A program made the translations under genes and the position numbers. From NCBI GenBank assembly GCA_050613775.1, contig JBODTK010000155.1:124001-188000 (forward strand): a stretch of 64,000 nucleotides of DNA, read 5' to 3'. Source of the DNA: Neocallimastix sp. 'constans' (lineage: Eukaryota). A model generated the notes under the pieces. The model did no database searches, was not told the origin of the DNA, and saw only the letters and a list, made by a program, of their open reading frames with translations. This document shows positions 16,089 through 33,055 of the stretch, in pieces. Numbering within the stretch: position 1 is the stretch's first letter; each line of letters starts with the position of its first letter.

Positions 16089-18318
16089 TTAAATCATTAA
16101 TGGATTTTGTCTCCAGGTATTAAACCAATACCAATATTTTCTACTTTTTTCATTTTGACCATAAAAATTCCCAACATTTACTGTTGGTTGTATATCTCTT
16201 ATTGGTGCAATAGAACTTAAAACACGAACGAAGTTTTCTAGTTCTACAAAACTGCTATGTTCTGAATATGGAATTCCCCATATTGATACATTTCTATTAT
16301 AATAAGTTGGTTTTAATTTCAAATTATTAAAATTTTCCAATATTTGTTGATTATTTGGTGCTAATTGATTCTTATTACCTTTTTTAGGTTTAAATACCCA
16401 ACCGGTTGGCCTAAACGCTATAACCATATCGTATTTATGTTTATAATTATTATAGTAATTATTAACATTCTCTATGCTTAATTGTCCCATATTTACTATA
16501 TGAACACAAGATTCATCTGGGTTTGATGTAATCAATACAGATATGTTTTCGTCATTTAAGCATTCTAAAATTTTTTTTTTTCTATTAGTGACAAAAATTT
16601 TACTTTTTAAAAATTTTGCTATACCTATTAATTTATGTTTATATATTTATAAAAATAATTTATTACTATTTTACCATTAAAGTTATTACTAATAATTATA
16701 TTTATATTATATATGATACAATAATTTTTTTAATCTTACCTATAAATACCTTTTCTTTTCCAATCAAATATGTTCCTACTAAAACAAGCACTTTTTTTCT
16801 ATTATATTCAACATCAGTTTTTAAGGGAGAATAAATATTATCATTATAAATAGTTTTATTATTTTCTCTTTCATTGTTTGAACTAAAATATCTTAATAAA
16901 CCGCCATGGTATTCATTTTTTAATTTTTTATCCTTTTCTATATTATTATATTCCTTTACTGTTCTTCCTTTAATTATAATATTTTCCAATACATCTAATA
17001 CTGATTTAATTACTACATCTTGTGATGGAAATAAATGTTCAGGCTCTAAATATGTTGTATCCAAATATAAAATATCCATAAATGAGTTTTTTAATCCTTG
17101 AATTGCAGGATTCATTAATTGGTCAATGCTAGCCCTAAAATCGCCTTTTTAATTTATTTATTATAATTAATAATTATATATTATTTAATTTATTAGTTTT
17201 AAATTACTTAGTAATATTTTTAATTATTTATTAATTATTTTAAAACCTGTATGAAGAGCATTAAAATATTTATTATTCCCAATTGGTGCACTGAATAAAA
17301 ATAATACTGCACCAGGACAACTATTTTTTTTTTTTTTTTTATATTTATTTAAATTAGTACATTTAAATTTTTATTTTACTATAAATATATTATAATAGTG
17401 ATATTAGTAATATTGGTAGTAATAATAAAAGTATCATTTACTTACTGATTTGCATCAATTAATGTAACTTTAACACCATTAATTATATACTCTTTATTTA
17501 ATTCAAGTGGATGTACATATTGTTCCTCAACTTTTAGAAGTTCAATTAATAAATTTGAAGTAATTTTTGAACAATATATGGGTCCATAGTTAAATTTGCT
17601 TGTAATGCCTCCATAGTGATCGGAATGAAAATGGCTATCATATATTCAATAAAAATTTAATATTTATTTTAGTATATATTTTTTAATAATTATTTATATT
17701 GTATTAATATATATATGATACCTTAAGAAATAAGCTGTAATATTTTCAATCTTTCCATAATTAAATGCATCTACTACAAATGTTGTATCTTTAAATTTTA
17801 AAGGATATACATAAATTTTTAATATCAATTTTATTATTTCAATTTTTAAAATTTTTATTTATTAAACAAAAAATTACTCTGAACTTTTTTGTAACTGGGA
17901 CATATTCTTTTTTTTCTTGGAATTTTGGTTGATACTTCTTTTTCTTTTTTCTTATTTTCTTTTCTTTTTCTTTTTCTTTCATATTTTAAATTTATTTTTA
18001 TATTATTATTATTGACTTTATCATCTTCATCATATTTAAAATTCTCATTATTATTGATATTTTTATGAATTTCCAATTTAAAATTATTTTCATTTCTATT
18101 ATTATTCTCTTTTTTTTTATTTGGATTATTGATATCAATATTATTTTTATGATTTTTAATATAATAATCATTTCCTGTATCTGTATCTTCTATATCCTCA
18201 ATGATAAATGGAATACTAGTACACTGAAATTCCAAATTTTTTTTTTCTGATTTAGAAGTAGATAAAATATTACTTAAAATATTTGCTTTTCTATTATCAA
18301 TATCTATTTCAATATTTC

Positions 18319-18391
<73 letters not shown>

Positions 18392-19271
18392 GTTGTTTCT
18401 TTCTTTCTTTTCATAATTATTATTTTCATTATATTCATTATCTTCATTATATTCAATACAATTATAATTTTCATTATTACTATTATTTTTTTTGTTATTA
18501 CCGCTTCCATTTAAATACTTATTATATACTAAATTAATTTTATTCTTGTTAATTGAATTATTTGAAGACTTTTTTAAAAATATATTTTCTATAAATATAT
18601 TATCATTTCTTTCAATATTATCAAATTTTAAATTTCTGCAATTATTATCATTAAAATTACTATTAAGGCTTGTCTTTTTTTTAATTGGGCTAAGATTGAA
18701 TAATTCATTTAATGAATTCGATTTATTTTTAAAGTTTATATTATTTTCATTAAATTTATTAGAATTTTCATTATAAGTATTGTTTTGTATTTTTTTCTTT
18801 TTTGTTATTGACTTTCCAAAATATTTAGTATTAATTTCAATTGAAGAATTATTATTTACTCTTGAAGCTTTCATATAAGATGAAATATAGCATTGGTTTA
18901 TTGTAGGAATATTTATATATGAAGTAATTGACTTTTGAATTTTATTATTAATTTTTTTTTTCTTTTTTTTTAAGGTTGCATTGTCGAGACATCTATTAAC
19001 ATGTGTTTGAATTATCTTAAGGTATGATGAAAATGAAAATAAATATACAATATTTTTTAGTATATTATTATTATTATTATTATGTATTATATATTATTTA
19101 TTATTTTATCATTTAATTTTTATTTAATATAAATATTTAATTTTTTACATTTTCTGAAAATCCTGTTAAATTTTTATTACATATTGGACAAAAAACCAAA
19201 TTTTCATTATTTTCTTTTTCATTTTCATTATCATCTATTATTTCAATTATTTCTATACCACTATTTTCCAT
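16089..19271 (-). CDS. PSO2: DNA interstrand cross-link repair nuclease PSO2/SNM1A (UBZ zinc finger, metallo-beta-lactamase, beta-CASP/DRMBL)
   Basis: N-terminal CPIC...HVNRCLD; FVVDAF, SHFHSDHYGG, DANHCPGA, LHTGDFR, LYLDTTY, GTYLIGKEK, FRPTGW, IPYSEHSSF, PTVN. Confidence 0.92.
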
Positions 19272-20549
19272 TGATAATATTATTTAAATAAATAAAATAA
19301 TTGTAATATTTTATTTTTATATTTTCAAAACTATCAATTATTATTATTATTTTATTCTTATATTTCATTGTTAACAATTATTAATACTTCTAAAATATTT
19401 ATATTTTTTATTTTTTATTTTTTTTTAATTTATAAAAAATATTTTATTGTCATATATTAAATTTTACTGGTGGCTAATATAATTAATATTATAAAATTAT
19501 TTAAATAATTTGGTGATTCAAAATAATTACAATTTTTGAAAATAATTGGTACAAATTAAACGATTATTTAATTTAAATATTTTTCTTTTTTAAAAATAAA
19601 AATATAATTTATTTGTAATTATTATAATTATTTCAAGTAAATTATAAAAATATAAAAAATACACTTAAAAATTATTAAGGAAAAAAAATAATGAACAATT
19701 CTATTATGATTTTATTTATTTAATTCATTTTACTTAAATAATATAACTAAAAGCAAAATAATATATTAAAAATCTCCTATTTTTTTTTATAAGTATATAA
19801 TAAATTTAAAATTATTTATTATTTTATTAAAATAATAAATTAAAAGATTATTTTGAAAAAAATAATTATAAAAGAATTTTAAAATCTTTTATTACTTATT
19901 AAATTAAGCATCAGGCTTTAAATTTAAATCTAATTTTGAAGATGAATCTGTTTTTAAATTTGTATCTGAATCTGTATAATTTACTAATATTAATATTACT
20001 GAAATTGGTTCATATTTCTTTGATTTTATTTATTTCCAAAATTTGACTTCCACATGAAATTTTTCTTGAAACAAATTTTTATTTATAAATATATTAATTA
20101 ATAATTTTCATTACTACTTTTAAATTTTTCAAATTATTAATTACACCTATTTATTTGATTTATCAATTATCATAACTTATAAATATATATAATAAAAAAA
20201 TTAATTTTTTTTTTTTTTTAAGAAAAATAATTACAACAAAATAATTAAATACAATTAATAAAAATTTAAATTATTTTTAAAAAAGGAATTTCAACAATTA
20301 TTTTTTTGAATCAATTAATTAATAATTAATTTTACTTTCACTTTTTATTTATGTTTTTTATATTTTATTTTACCACATAGACGAACTTTAAAGATTTAGT
20401 AAGCTTTATAATATGTTTATTTGTTTTTCCTAATTATTGTTCTTGCGACATTGAAACTAAATATTAATTGATACGGCAATCAATATTGTATTCCAGATTA
20501 TGTAGGGCCAGTAACCAAAGAAAGCATCCATATCACATATCACCGAGGT

Positions 20550-20593
<44 letters not shown>

Positions 20594-21752
20594 TTACAAT
20601 AATATAATATCTTTAACTTTGCCATGAGAAGAAATTAACTTTTAGTTTTACAAATTAGTTTGAATACGAAATAAAAACTACAGCTGGGTCAGTTTAAAAA
20701 TTTTAATTTTTGTTGAGTTAAAATAAAAAAATAATTATTGCTTTTGACAAAGTAGGATAAGAAAAAATATATATAAATAAAATAATGTAGAATAATATTG
20801 ATAAATATCACACACATATACTAACTTTTGTATTGATAACTTTATAATAAAAAAATCAAACAATTTATCATATATATTTAAATAACAAGATACATTTCTT
20901 ACAAACTAGTTAAAAAAAATTTATTCTTTCTGGAATCCCCATACAAGTAATAAATTAAGAAAGTTTTTTTTTTTATAATTTATTCAATTTTATTTAGCCA
21001 ATCATTTGTTAATATCATTTTCATTTATGCTATGATTATTAAATCAAATATTAATTATCCAATAATATAGCAGAAAAATCATTCATAAAAATATTTTAAA
21101 TTTAAAAACTTTTAAATCATATAAAAATGAACAATGAACATTAATTTTTAATCCTTAGAAGTTTTTCGAATCATAAAGATTTGATACGAAATCTCTTCTA
21201 TCCCATAAATGTACATCTGTGAACATTAGAGAAGAGATTTAATGATAATGTTCTTCCATGGTACATGATATTAAAGAGCTGTTTTCTGAATGATGTTGGT
21301 TCTGATTGATTAAATTCGATCTAGAGATATCACATTGTATTAAAGATAGCTTAAAATTTTATATTACAAATTGAATTTAAAAATTATAAATAGAATATTA
21401 TTAAATAAGAATTTATAAACTATGAAATATTTTTGAATTAGTTTTTGTTTAGTACAATTTATTTATTAATTACGGAGATAATTATATTCTTTAATTTTAT
21501 AAATTTCCAAAATTTTATATATTGATATAGTTAATAATTTTTGTAAATATAAAAAGTTAAAGCAATATCAATAATTTTTTATATTGATAATATAAAAATA
21601 TATATGAATATAATAATAAATAAATTTTAAATTATAAATTAAAAATATATATTTTTTCACTTTCAAAAAATATATATATCTTTTACAAATTAAATTTACA
21701 TAAAATATATTTTAAGAGATAGAGAATATAAAAAAAAGAATATTTTTAAAAA

Positions 21753-22490
21753 ATGAGTATATATGATATTAAAGTTAACGATAGAAAAGGGAAAGAAATA
21801 AGTTTATCTGATTATAAGGATAAAGTTTTACTTATTGTAAATACAGCAACGCGTTGTGGAAATACAAAACAATATGCATATTTAGAAGAATTGTATGAAA
21901 AATATCATAATAAAGGATTTGAAATTTTAGATTTTCCTTGTAATCAATTTGGAGGACAAGCACCAGGAACAGAAGATGAAATTCATGAATTTTGTGTTCT
22001 AAAATATAATACAACTTTTGATCAATTTCAGAAGATTAAAGTAAATGGTCCTAATGCTTCTCCATTATTTATTTTTTTAAAAGAAAAAATCCAGCAAGAT
22101 TTAGATATCGGTCCACAAAATAAAAGATTAAAGAAGCCTCCTAAAAACTTAGGGGATATTAGATGGAATTTCACTAAATTTCTAATAAATAAAAAAGGTG
22201 AAGTGGTTGCTAGATATCCTCCGAAATGTACCCCAGATCTCTTTGAAGATAAAATTAGAGAATTATTAAATATTACTAAAGCAAAGGATGAAACTGTAGA
22301 AGTAAAAACAGAAAATCCTAAAAAACTTATTAAAGAAAATAGCAAGGCAAATGAGGCTGATTCAGAAAAAAAAATATCAATAACTCCTAGAAGAACTTCT
22401 GCAAGAATTGCTAATAGAATAGCAAAAGAAATGAATAAATCAGAAAATAAGATAAATAATAAAACCGCAAAACGTAAACGTAACAATTAA
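21753..22490 (+). CDS. Glutathione peroxidase family protein (Cys-type, probably thioredoxin-dependent), intronless, with ~70-aa basic C-terminal extension
   Basis: VLLIVNTATRCG (peroxidatic Cys, TGT codon), FPCNQFGGQAPG, HEFC (candidate resolving Cys), DIRWNFTKFL; single 245-aa ORF. Confidence 0.95.
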   Translation: MSIYDIKVNDRKGKEISLSDYKDKVLLIVNTATRCGNTKQYAYLEELYEKYHNKGFEILDFPCNQFGGQAPGTEDEIHEFCVLKYNTTFDQFQKIKVNGPNASPLFIFLKEKIQQDLDIGPQNKRLKKPPKNLGDIRWNFTKFLINKKGEVVARYPPKCTPDLFEDKIRELLNITKAKDETVEVKTENPKKLIKENSKANEADSEKKISITPRRTSARIANRIAKEMNKSENKINNKTAKRKRNN

Positions 22491-23030
22491 AATTTATTTT
22501 ATATAATTAATTATTAGGGATAAATATAATGAAATTCAATTTTTTATCTAATAAAATTTAAAATTAAAAGATCTATATAAATATTTTAAGGTTTATAATT
22601 TTAAATTTATAATATTAAGTTTAATTTCTGAATATTCAATTTATGTAATAGAAATATTTAAAATAAATAAGAATAAAATATTAAGCATTAATTTTTGTTT
22701 ATTTTATTATAAATCCTATTTTATTATGATATATAGTTTCTTGAAATTGTTTTTATTTTTATTCTTATTAATAACGTAGTTATTTTACTATAATAATATT
22801 TATTTAAATTTCAATTCATATTGTACAATTTTTGATTTTCAAATATAATTTATTTAATTGTATGAAAGTTATTGTTATTTATAATTTTATATATATTTCT
22901 ATTTAAATTTTTAAAATATGAATGGATTATAAAGTATTTCGTAATATATGTTTTATGGATAATTTATAGTATTTTGTTTTTACTTTAAAATTTAAAAAAA
23001 TATGAACTAATTATCATCATTATCATCATC

Positions 23031-23159
<129 letters not shown>

Positions 23160-23511
23160 TTATTTTATTTTATTTTTATTTTATTTTTATTAATATTTTA
23201 AAAGTTCTTTTAAAATATTCAAAATATATTTCGTAAAAAATTTTTTTTTTTGTTTTTATTTTTTCTTTAAATATTAATTTAAATATATATTTATTAATTA
23301 AATTGTTAATATTTATAAATTAAATAATTATTATTGCATTATATTATTATAATTTACTTTTGGTAATTATTATTATTTTATTATTTTATTTTTTTATTTT
23401 TTTATTTTTTATTTATTCCTAATTTTTTATTATTACTAAATTTTATTTTTAAAAAAAAATTTTTTAATTTTAAATACTTTTTTATTTATTTTCTTAATTA
23501 TGTTAATTAAA

Positions 23512-23545
<34 letters not shown>

Positions 23546-23693
23546 TAATTGATTTAAATATTAATTATTTATTATTTTTATGCAATGGTTTTTATACAGT
23601 ATTTAATTTTATTATTAAAAATTAGTTTTTATTTTTTTTGCGAAAAATCAATATTCGTATTTCATACACATTGAATTATATATATAATAATAT

Positions 23694-26327
<2,634 letters not shown>

Positions 26328-26842
26328 TTTTAAATTATACTTGATCACTCAATTTATAATGATATATTTGTCAATATATATTTAGTTATTTAAGTTTTAC
26401 TTTTATTTTAATCTCTTTTTATATATAAAAATATATATGTTTTCTTTTTTTTAAAATTTATATTTTGTTATTTCAAATTTTATTTTATTAAATAAAAATA
26501 AAAATAAAAGTATTAAAAAATATATATTAAATATTAATATAATTTATTAAATAATTCTTGTTATTTAACATTTTAACTTTACTAATTAATTTTTTTGTAA
26601 TATATTAATAAAAATAATTGTTTTATTACAAAATTTATTTAATCAATAATAATAAAATTATTTTAATGTACAATTTGTTTTTTTTTTCTTTTTATAACAT
26701 TTAAATTATTAATATATTCTTAAAAATTTATGGCCCTCAAACTTTAATAAAAATTTTTTTAATAGGTTTAAACTATTTATTTTTAATTAATAATATATTA
26801 ATATTACATATTCAACTTATTTTGTTATTATAAAATTTATTA

Positions 26843-26879
<37 letters not shown>

Positions 26880-27052
26880 GTTTTTATTTATTAATATTAT
26901 TAATATTACTTATTAATTATTATTTTTATTTATTTTGCATTTATTTATTTATTTATTTATTTATTAATTATATTATTTTAAACAATTAAATATCTAATAA
27001 AATTATCTATTTTTAATTAGACATGCGTTAAAATCGAAATAATATTTTTGTT

Positions 27053-29044
27053 TTAATTCTTATCATCTTTACATGTACACTGTTCCTCAAGATTTATTTT
27101 ACGCTTATTTTCATCTGTTAACATTATTGCAATATTTGCTCTATGAATTACAAAGTCAGAATCCATATAACCAAGTAAATTATAAATATCCTTACTTTTA
27201 TGGCCCTTAATTCTATTAATTTCAGTACTTGTATAAGTAACTAAACCTTTACCAATTTCAATTTCAGTAAATGAGCCATCTTCTTCTTTATGCTTATATA
27301 CCATTAATACTGATTCATGAGCATTAAAATTGCCTTCAACTTCCTTAATACCTGCAGCAAATAAACTACTCTTATGAAGAGCAATTGCACTAACAGCTCC
27401 TTTATCAATAATTAATTTTCCGTTAGTTGCTAAACCGTACATAATCCACCATTTTCTATCAACCATTGGCTCGGCCTTAGCTTTAAAATGAGTACCAATA
27501 ATTGGTGGTTCATTTGGATGTTCTTTGGCATAATCAATAACCTTTATAATATCACCAGGACGTTTACCAGACAAAATAACAGTTTTACAGCCTGCAGAGG
27601 TTGCTAATTCTGCTGCAATTAATTTTGTTGCCATACCACCTGTACCCAATGATGATCCTGATGAAGTAAATGAAACTATATTTTTGATTATAGATACAGT
27701 AATTATTTATGAATAATTAATGTAAAAGATAATTAAAAAAATTATCATTATTATTATAATTATTTATTATTATTATTATTATTATCATTTATTATTGTTA
27801 TTATTTATTATTATTATTAGTATAAGGATTATTATTACTATTATTATTATTTTATATTAAATGTTTTTATAAGTTATTATTAATTTTTAATTAAATTTTT
27901 ATTTAAATAATAATAATATTATCGAAATAAAGCTTACTTTCACTTCTTAATTTTGAAATATCATCTACTTCATGAATTGCTTTTGATTCAGGATTAATTC
28001 TAGGATTATCGGTATAAAGTGCGTCAACATCTGTTAATAAGAATAAATAATCAGCATTAACCATACCAGCAGTAATGGCTGAAAGAGTATCATTATCACC
28101 AAAACGTAATTCCGCTACTGAAATTGTATCATTTTCATTAACAATTGGAACAACATCCATATTAAGTAATTCCTCAAAAGTTGCACAAGCATTTAAATAT
28201 TGACTACGCTATATATTTATTTAATAGAATTATTATATTTATTATTAAATATTCTTTGTTTATAATTTATTATTTATTACTTTTCATTTATTATTAATTA
28301 CTAAAATTAAGTAATTATAAATATTTGGTTTTAAGAAGAAAAAATAAAATTTTTAAATTTCAAAAAAAAAAAAAAATATATATATTTTAATTTTTTAATT
28401 ACTTCAGTAAGATCATTTCTAGTAAGTAAAACTTGAGCAATTGGTTGATTAAATTGATCAAATAAATCATCATATTGGCTCATTAACTTTCCTTGGCCAA
28501 CAGCAGCAATAGCCTTTTTGAATAAAATTGTTAATTATTAAATAATAAAATTTTTTATATATTTATAATATAAAGAATAGTAATATATACAATATATAAT
28601 ATAAAATATAATATAAACAAATAAAATTGAAAAAAATAATAAAATATTTATTTTTATATAAAAATAATTCAATTAATAAAATTGCATTATGAAAAATAAT
28701 GATTATACCTATTAATAATATTATTATATAATTTAATCCAGTATTGTATATATTACTTGAATTTTTGAAATAACTTTCGGTTTAGTAGCTTGATTTAATC
28801 TACGTAAACCAGTTCCAACTGCACCACTAGTAACTAAGATTACATCATTTCCCTTATTTTTTAATTCTACGATAGTTTCAACTAATTGAGATAATGTTGA
28901 TAATTTAGTAAAATGAGTTACTTCATCACATATGGAAGAAGTACCAATTTTTATAATAATGGTAAGTCCTTTTCTTGAAGAATTTCTAAAAGGTCTTAAA
29001 TTTCTTTGAGAATCCGTAATTGATGAGTTAGATAAAGATGTCAT
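27053..29044 (-). CDS. PRO1: Glutamate 5-kinase with C-terminal PUA domain, 4 exons
   Basis: [65 protein letters not shown], and PUA region (IDKGA...SLFAAGI...IGKGLV...VIHRAN). Confidence 0.95.
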
Positions 29045-29394
29045 TTTTATTTATGAATATAAATATATCTTTATTTTAAATAAAATGTGGAACTTTTAAA
29101 AATTTTTATATAATAAAAAATTTATCAACTATAAAAACTATTGGTCAGATAAAAATTTTTTACTAATAATTTTCCACTTAGCTAATAAACTTTTTATCAT
29201 TGTTTTAATATATAATAAATGTAATATTTTTAATTAAAAGAAAAAGATAATATTATCATGATATATATTATTAAATAAATATTATATTGTACTAGATAAT
29301 TCTACAGTAAACAGCCAAATATTAGTATCTTATATTTAAAATTACATTATATTTAAAAAAATAGTAAATGTGCATAAGCATTTTTTAAACTATA

Positions 29395-29425
<31 letters not shown>

Positions 29426-29884
29426 TGGAAAAAAAAAATATTATGATTATTTTCTTTTTCTTTTTTTTTTTTGGAAAAAAAATTTTTTTTTATTTTATAT
29501 ATAAATTATTTATTTATTTTAAAAATTTTATATATATAATTTTTTTATCTATATTATATTTAAAATTTATTACTTTTTATCAAAATTATTTAATTTTTTT
29601 TATAAAAAAATTAAAAATAGTTTAAATTATATAATTAATAGAATTTATTTAATAATGACTATTTCAAACTAACTATATTTCAAAAACTACTTCTTACATT
29701 ATAGAATTAATAATAATAAATATTACTTATGTTTATTAATATTAATGTATCAAAGATAGTAATCGAATTGATTCATTTTATAATAAAATAATAAAATAAT
29801 ACTTATTTTAAAAAATTTATATTATATATATCTAATTAATTTAATGAATTTCAATAATAATTTCATAATGATTTATTTTATTAA

Positions 29885-29915
<31 letters not shown>

Positions 29916-32900
29916 GGAAAAGTTTCATATCTTATTTAAATAAAAATTTTCTAACATATAATTAAAAAAAAAATTAATAATTGAAAAAATTATTACTATT
30001 TCCAATTATTTAATCTTTGATAAGAATAATATCATTAAAATTTATTTAAGTAATAATTTAATATATTTTTTAAAATTATTATGTATATCTAATTAATTAA
30101 AGATTTACAAAAATATTTCATTCTAATTTACTTTTTTTTTTTTTTTAAAAAATTATTATGTATATAATTTATTAAAGATTTACAATAATAAAATATTATT
30201 TTAATTTTTTTTTTTTTTTGTTACAAAAGTTACAATACTTATTATATATATAAAAAAAACCTTATGTATAATTATAAAATTAATGATTTTTAATTATCAA
30301 TTTTTTTTAAATAAAAATATTTTTAAGAAAATTATTACTAATTTTTACTCTATATTCAAATTAATTTATATAATAATGTTTTTTATTTGTTTTATTATTA
30401 TATAATATTTTATGTAATATATAGAGCAGATATCACTTTATTTAACTATATAAAAATACTTTAAAAAGATATAATACTATAAGAAAGTTAATCATTCATA
30501 CCAGTAAATAATATAATATAAAAATTATTGTTAGTTAATATTTAATCACTTTCAATAAACTTAATAAATTTATACATAGTTGCTTTAACAATTTTTATTT
30601 TTTTTATAGCAAATAATTTATATATAATTATGACAAAAGTTAAATTTCATATCATTATGAAATTAAAAATAATACATTATAATTTAATATAACAATATAA
30701 AAAATAATAAAAATACTATTTATTATTTTTATAACTTATATTTATTATTATTTATTTATTTTTATTACATGAAGCTTTAATTTTCTTATATATTCATAAT
30801 AATTAATACTTATTAAAGTTTAACTAAAATATTTAAGATGTCTCATATAATATATAAAAAATTATAACATTTAATTATAATATTACCAATCATAAAAACT
30901 TTTAGTAATTAATAATGAAAATTGAATAAAAAAGTTCTTTTTTTTATCAAATAATATGAGTTGTGTAATTCATAAAATTAAGTTAAATAAAATATAAATA
31001 TTTATTTACACTTTATCGAAAATAAATTTATTATAATTTCATATTATTTATAATTTCAAAAGAACTCAAATTATAATAGTTTAAAGTTAGAATAAAATAA
31101 AATTAGTTGTTTAATTATAATGAAAATCATTTTTGTAATTTTTAGTATTTAATATATCTTTGTTAAGATCATTTAACAATAATATTTACTAATTAATTAA
31201 TAATTTTTTACATATTGTATAGTATTATTTTATTTATTCAAATATTATATTACTAATAAATATGTTAAATTATAAAAATAAATAAATAAATAAATTGATT
31301 TCCAAAAATATCTGTTATAGTAGGAATTCCCTACTAGTATAATTATCATAAACATGAATTTCTAAACATGAATGATATGTATAACATAAGCGGACATAGA
31401 TAAAAATAAGAATAAAAGTTTATTATTATTATATTAAAACTTTATTTTATAAATTTTTAATTTAATATAAATTGCAAGGAGAAAATTGATATAAATATTG
31501 TTTATCTATATTAACAAATATTATTTAAAGGACGTTTAATCAATTTTTTAATATGATTTTAATTAAAATGTTCCTTTATTCCATCAAATAATATAAATAT
31601 ATAAACCTTATTAAATATAATTACTTTTTTTAATTAAAAATTTAATATAAGAAGTGCTATTTACTAGGAAGAAATTAATAGTAATTAATAATAATTACAA
31701 TAGTAATTACAATAATAATTTAATTTGTATGTAAATTTTAACAATAATTATTAACCAAAAAATTAAGGGTTAAATTAAAATAATAAGATTTATCTTAAAC
31801 AAATGTGTTGCATTTCGCTAATTATATTTTTTATTGTGGCGTATTATATGTAAATTGAATTTCAAAAAAAAATAAATAAATGATATAAATATAAATAAAT
31901 GAATACAATAAAAAAATAACAAAAATAAATATACAAAAATATTGATGAATTAATAATTATATAAAATTTTTTAATTAATAAATAAAATATTTTCATAAAA
32001 TAGAGATCTTTATAAATATCTTTTTAAATAAATAAGCAATATTATATAAATAATTAATATACAAATAATAATATAAGCAATAAAAATAATTTATTAATAA
32101 TTCCAATTTATTCCAAAAAAAAAAAAAAAAAAAATTGATTAAAGCATTTTAATCAAAATTGAATCAGGTCAGTTTAAAAATCTTAAAACAGAGTTGCATT
32201 TTGTCAAGTAGCATATAGACATAAATAAATGAATAAAAAAATAAAAGCAAAAAAAAAAAAAAAAAAAGTAACAATAAATAATAAAAGATAAAAGATAAAG
32301 ATAAAAAATTTAAATTAAAATACAAAATAAGCTTTTATATAAGAAATTTCATTTAAAAATTAGAATAATATTTATTTAATAATCAATAATAATATTCAGT
32401 TCATCTTATTCAAGAAATCTTATATTTTAATTCCTAATAATGATTTTTAAATAATTATTAATTCTAACTATAAATTCTTTTTTTTTTTTTTTTTTTTTTT
32501 TTTTTGTTTTGTTTTGTTTTGTTTTGTTTTAATAATATTTAATTATAAAGATATATTTTAATATTTTTGTAAAAACAGTAATAGAATAATGTATAATTTT
32601 ACATACATATTTTAAAAAATTTTTTGCGAAAATAATATTATAATAATTGCTTAATAATATTTAACTTAAAGATATATTATAATACTTTTTATGAAAATAA
32701 TATAATAATTATTTTTTTTAAAGATATATTTTAAGACTTTTAAGCTGCCTTGGTCAAAATGCTTAAATTATTTATTTTTTTATTTTTATATTTTTTTATT
32801 TTTATTTTTTACCTTCATTTTTTTTTTTTTTTTTTTTTTACATTTTAATGAACGTATGTTTTCCTCCATGTCTAATATAAATATTTATATTTTTATTATT

Positions 32901-32967
32901 CTTCTTAATAAAAAGTCCATTATAATGAAAAAAAAATTTTTTTTTTATAATTTTTTTTTATTTTTAA

Positions 32968-33055
<88 letters not shown>

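Noticed and set aside
19900..20080. Coding-looking patch upstream of PSO2
   Set aside because: I could not build an ORF or spliced model from it; at most a decayed fragment.
20500..20550. Minus-strand VICDMDAFF resembling the Y-family polymerase DMDAFF motif
   Set aside because: Downstream residues do not continue the DinB/Pol kappa pattern and a stop follows; likely chance.
21856..21860. Possible selenocysteine in the peroxidase
   Set aside because: The active-site codon is TGT (Cys); there is no in-frame TGA.
29815..30230. Degenerate ~80-bp repeats (AAAATTATTATGTATAT...ATTAAAGATTTACAA)
   Set aside because: A real but low-complexity local duplication with no evidence of function.
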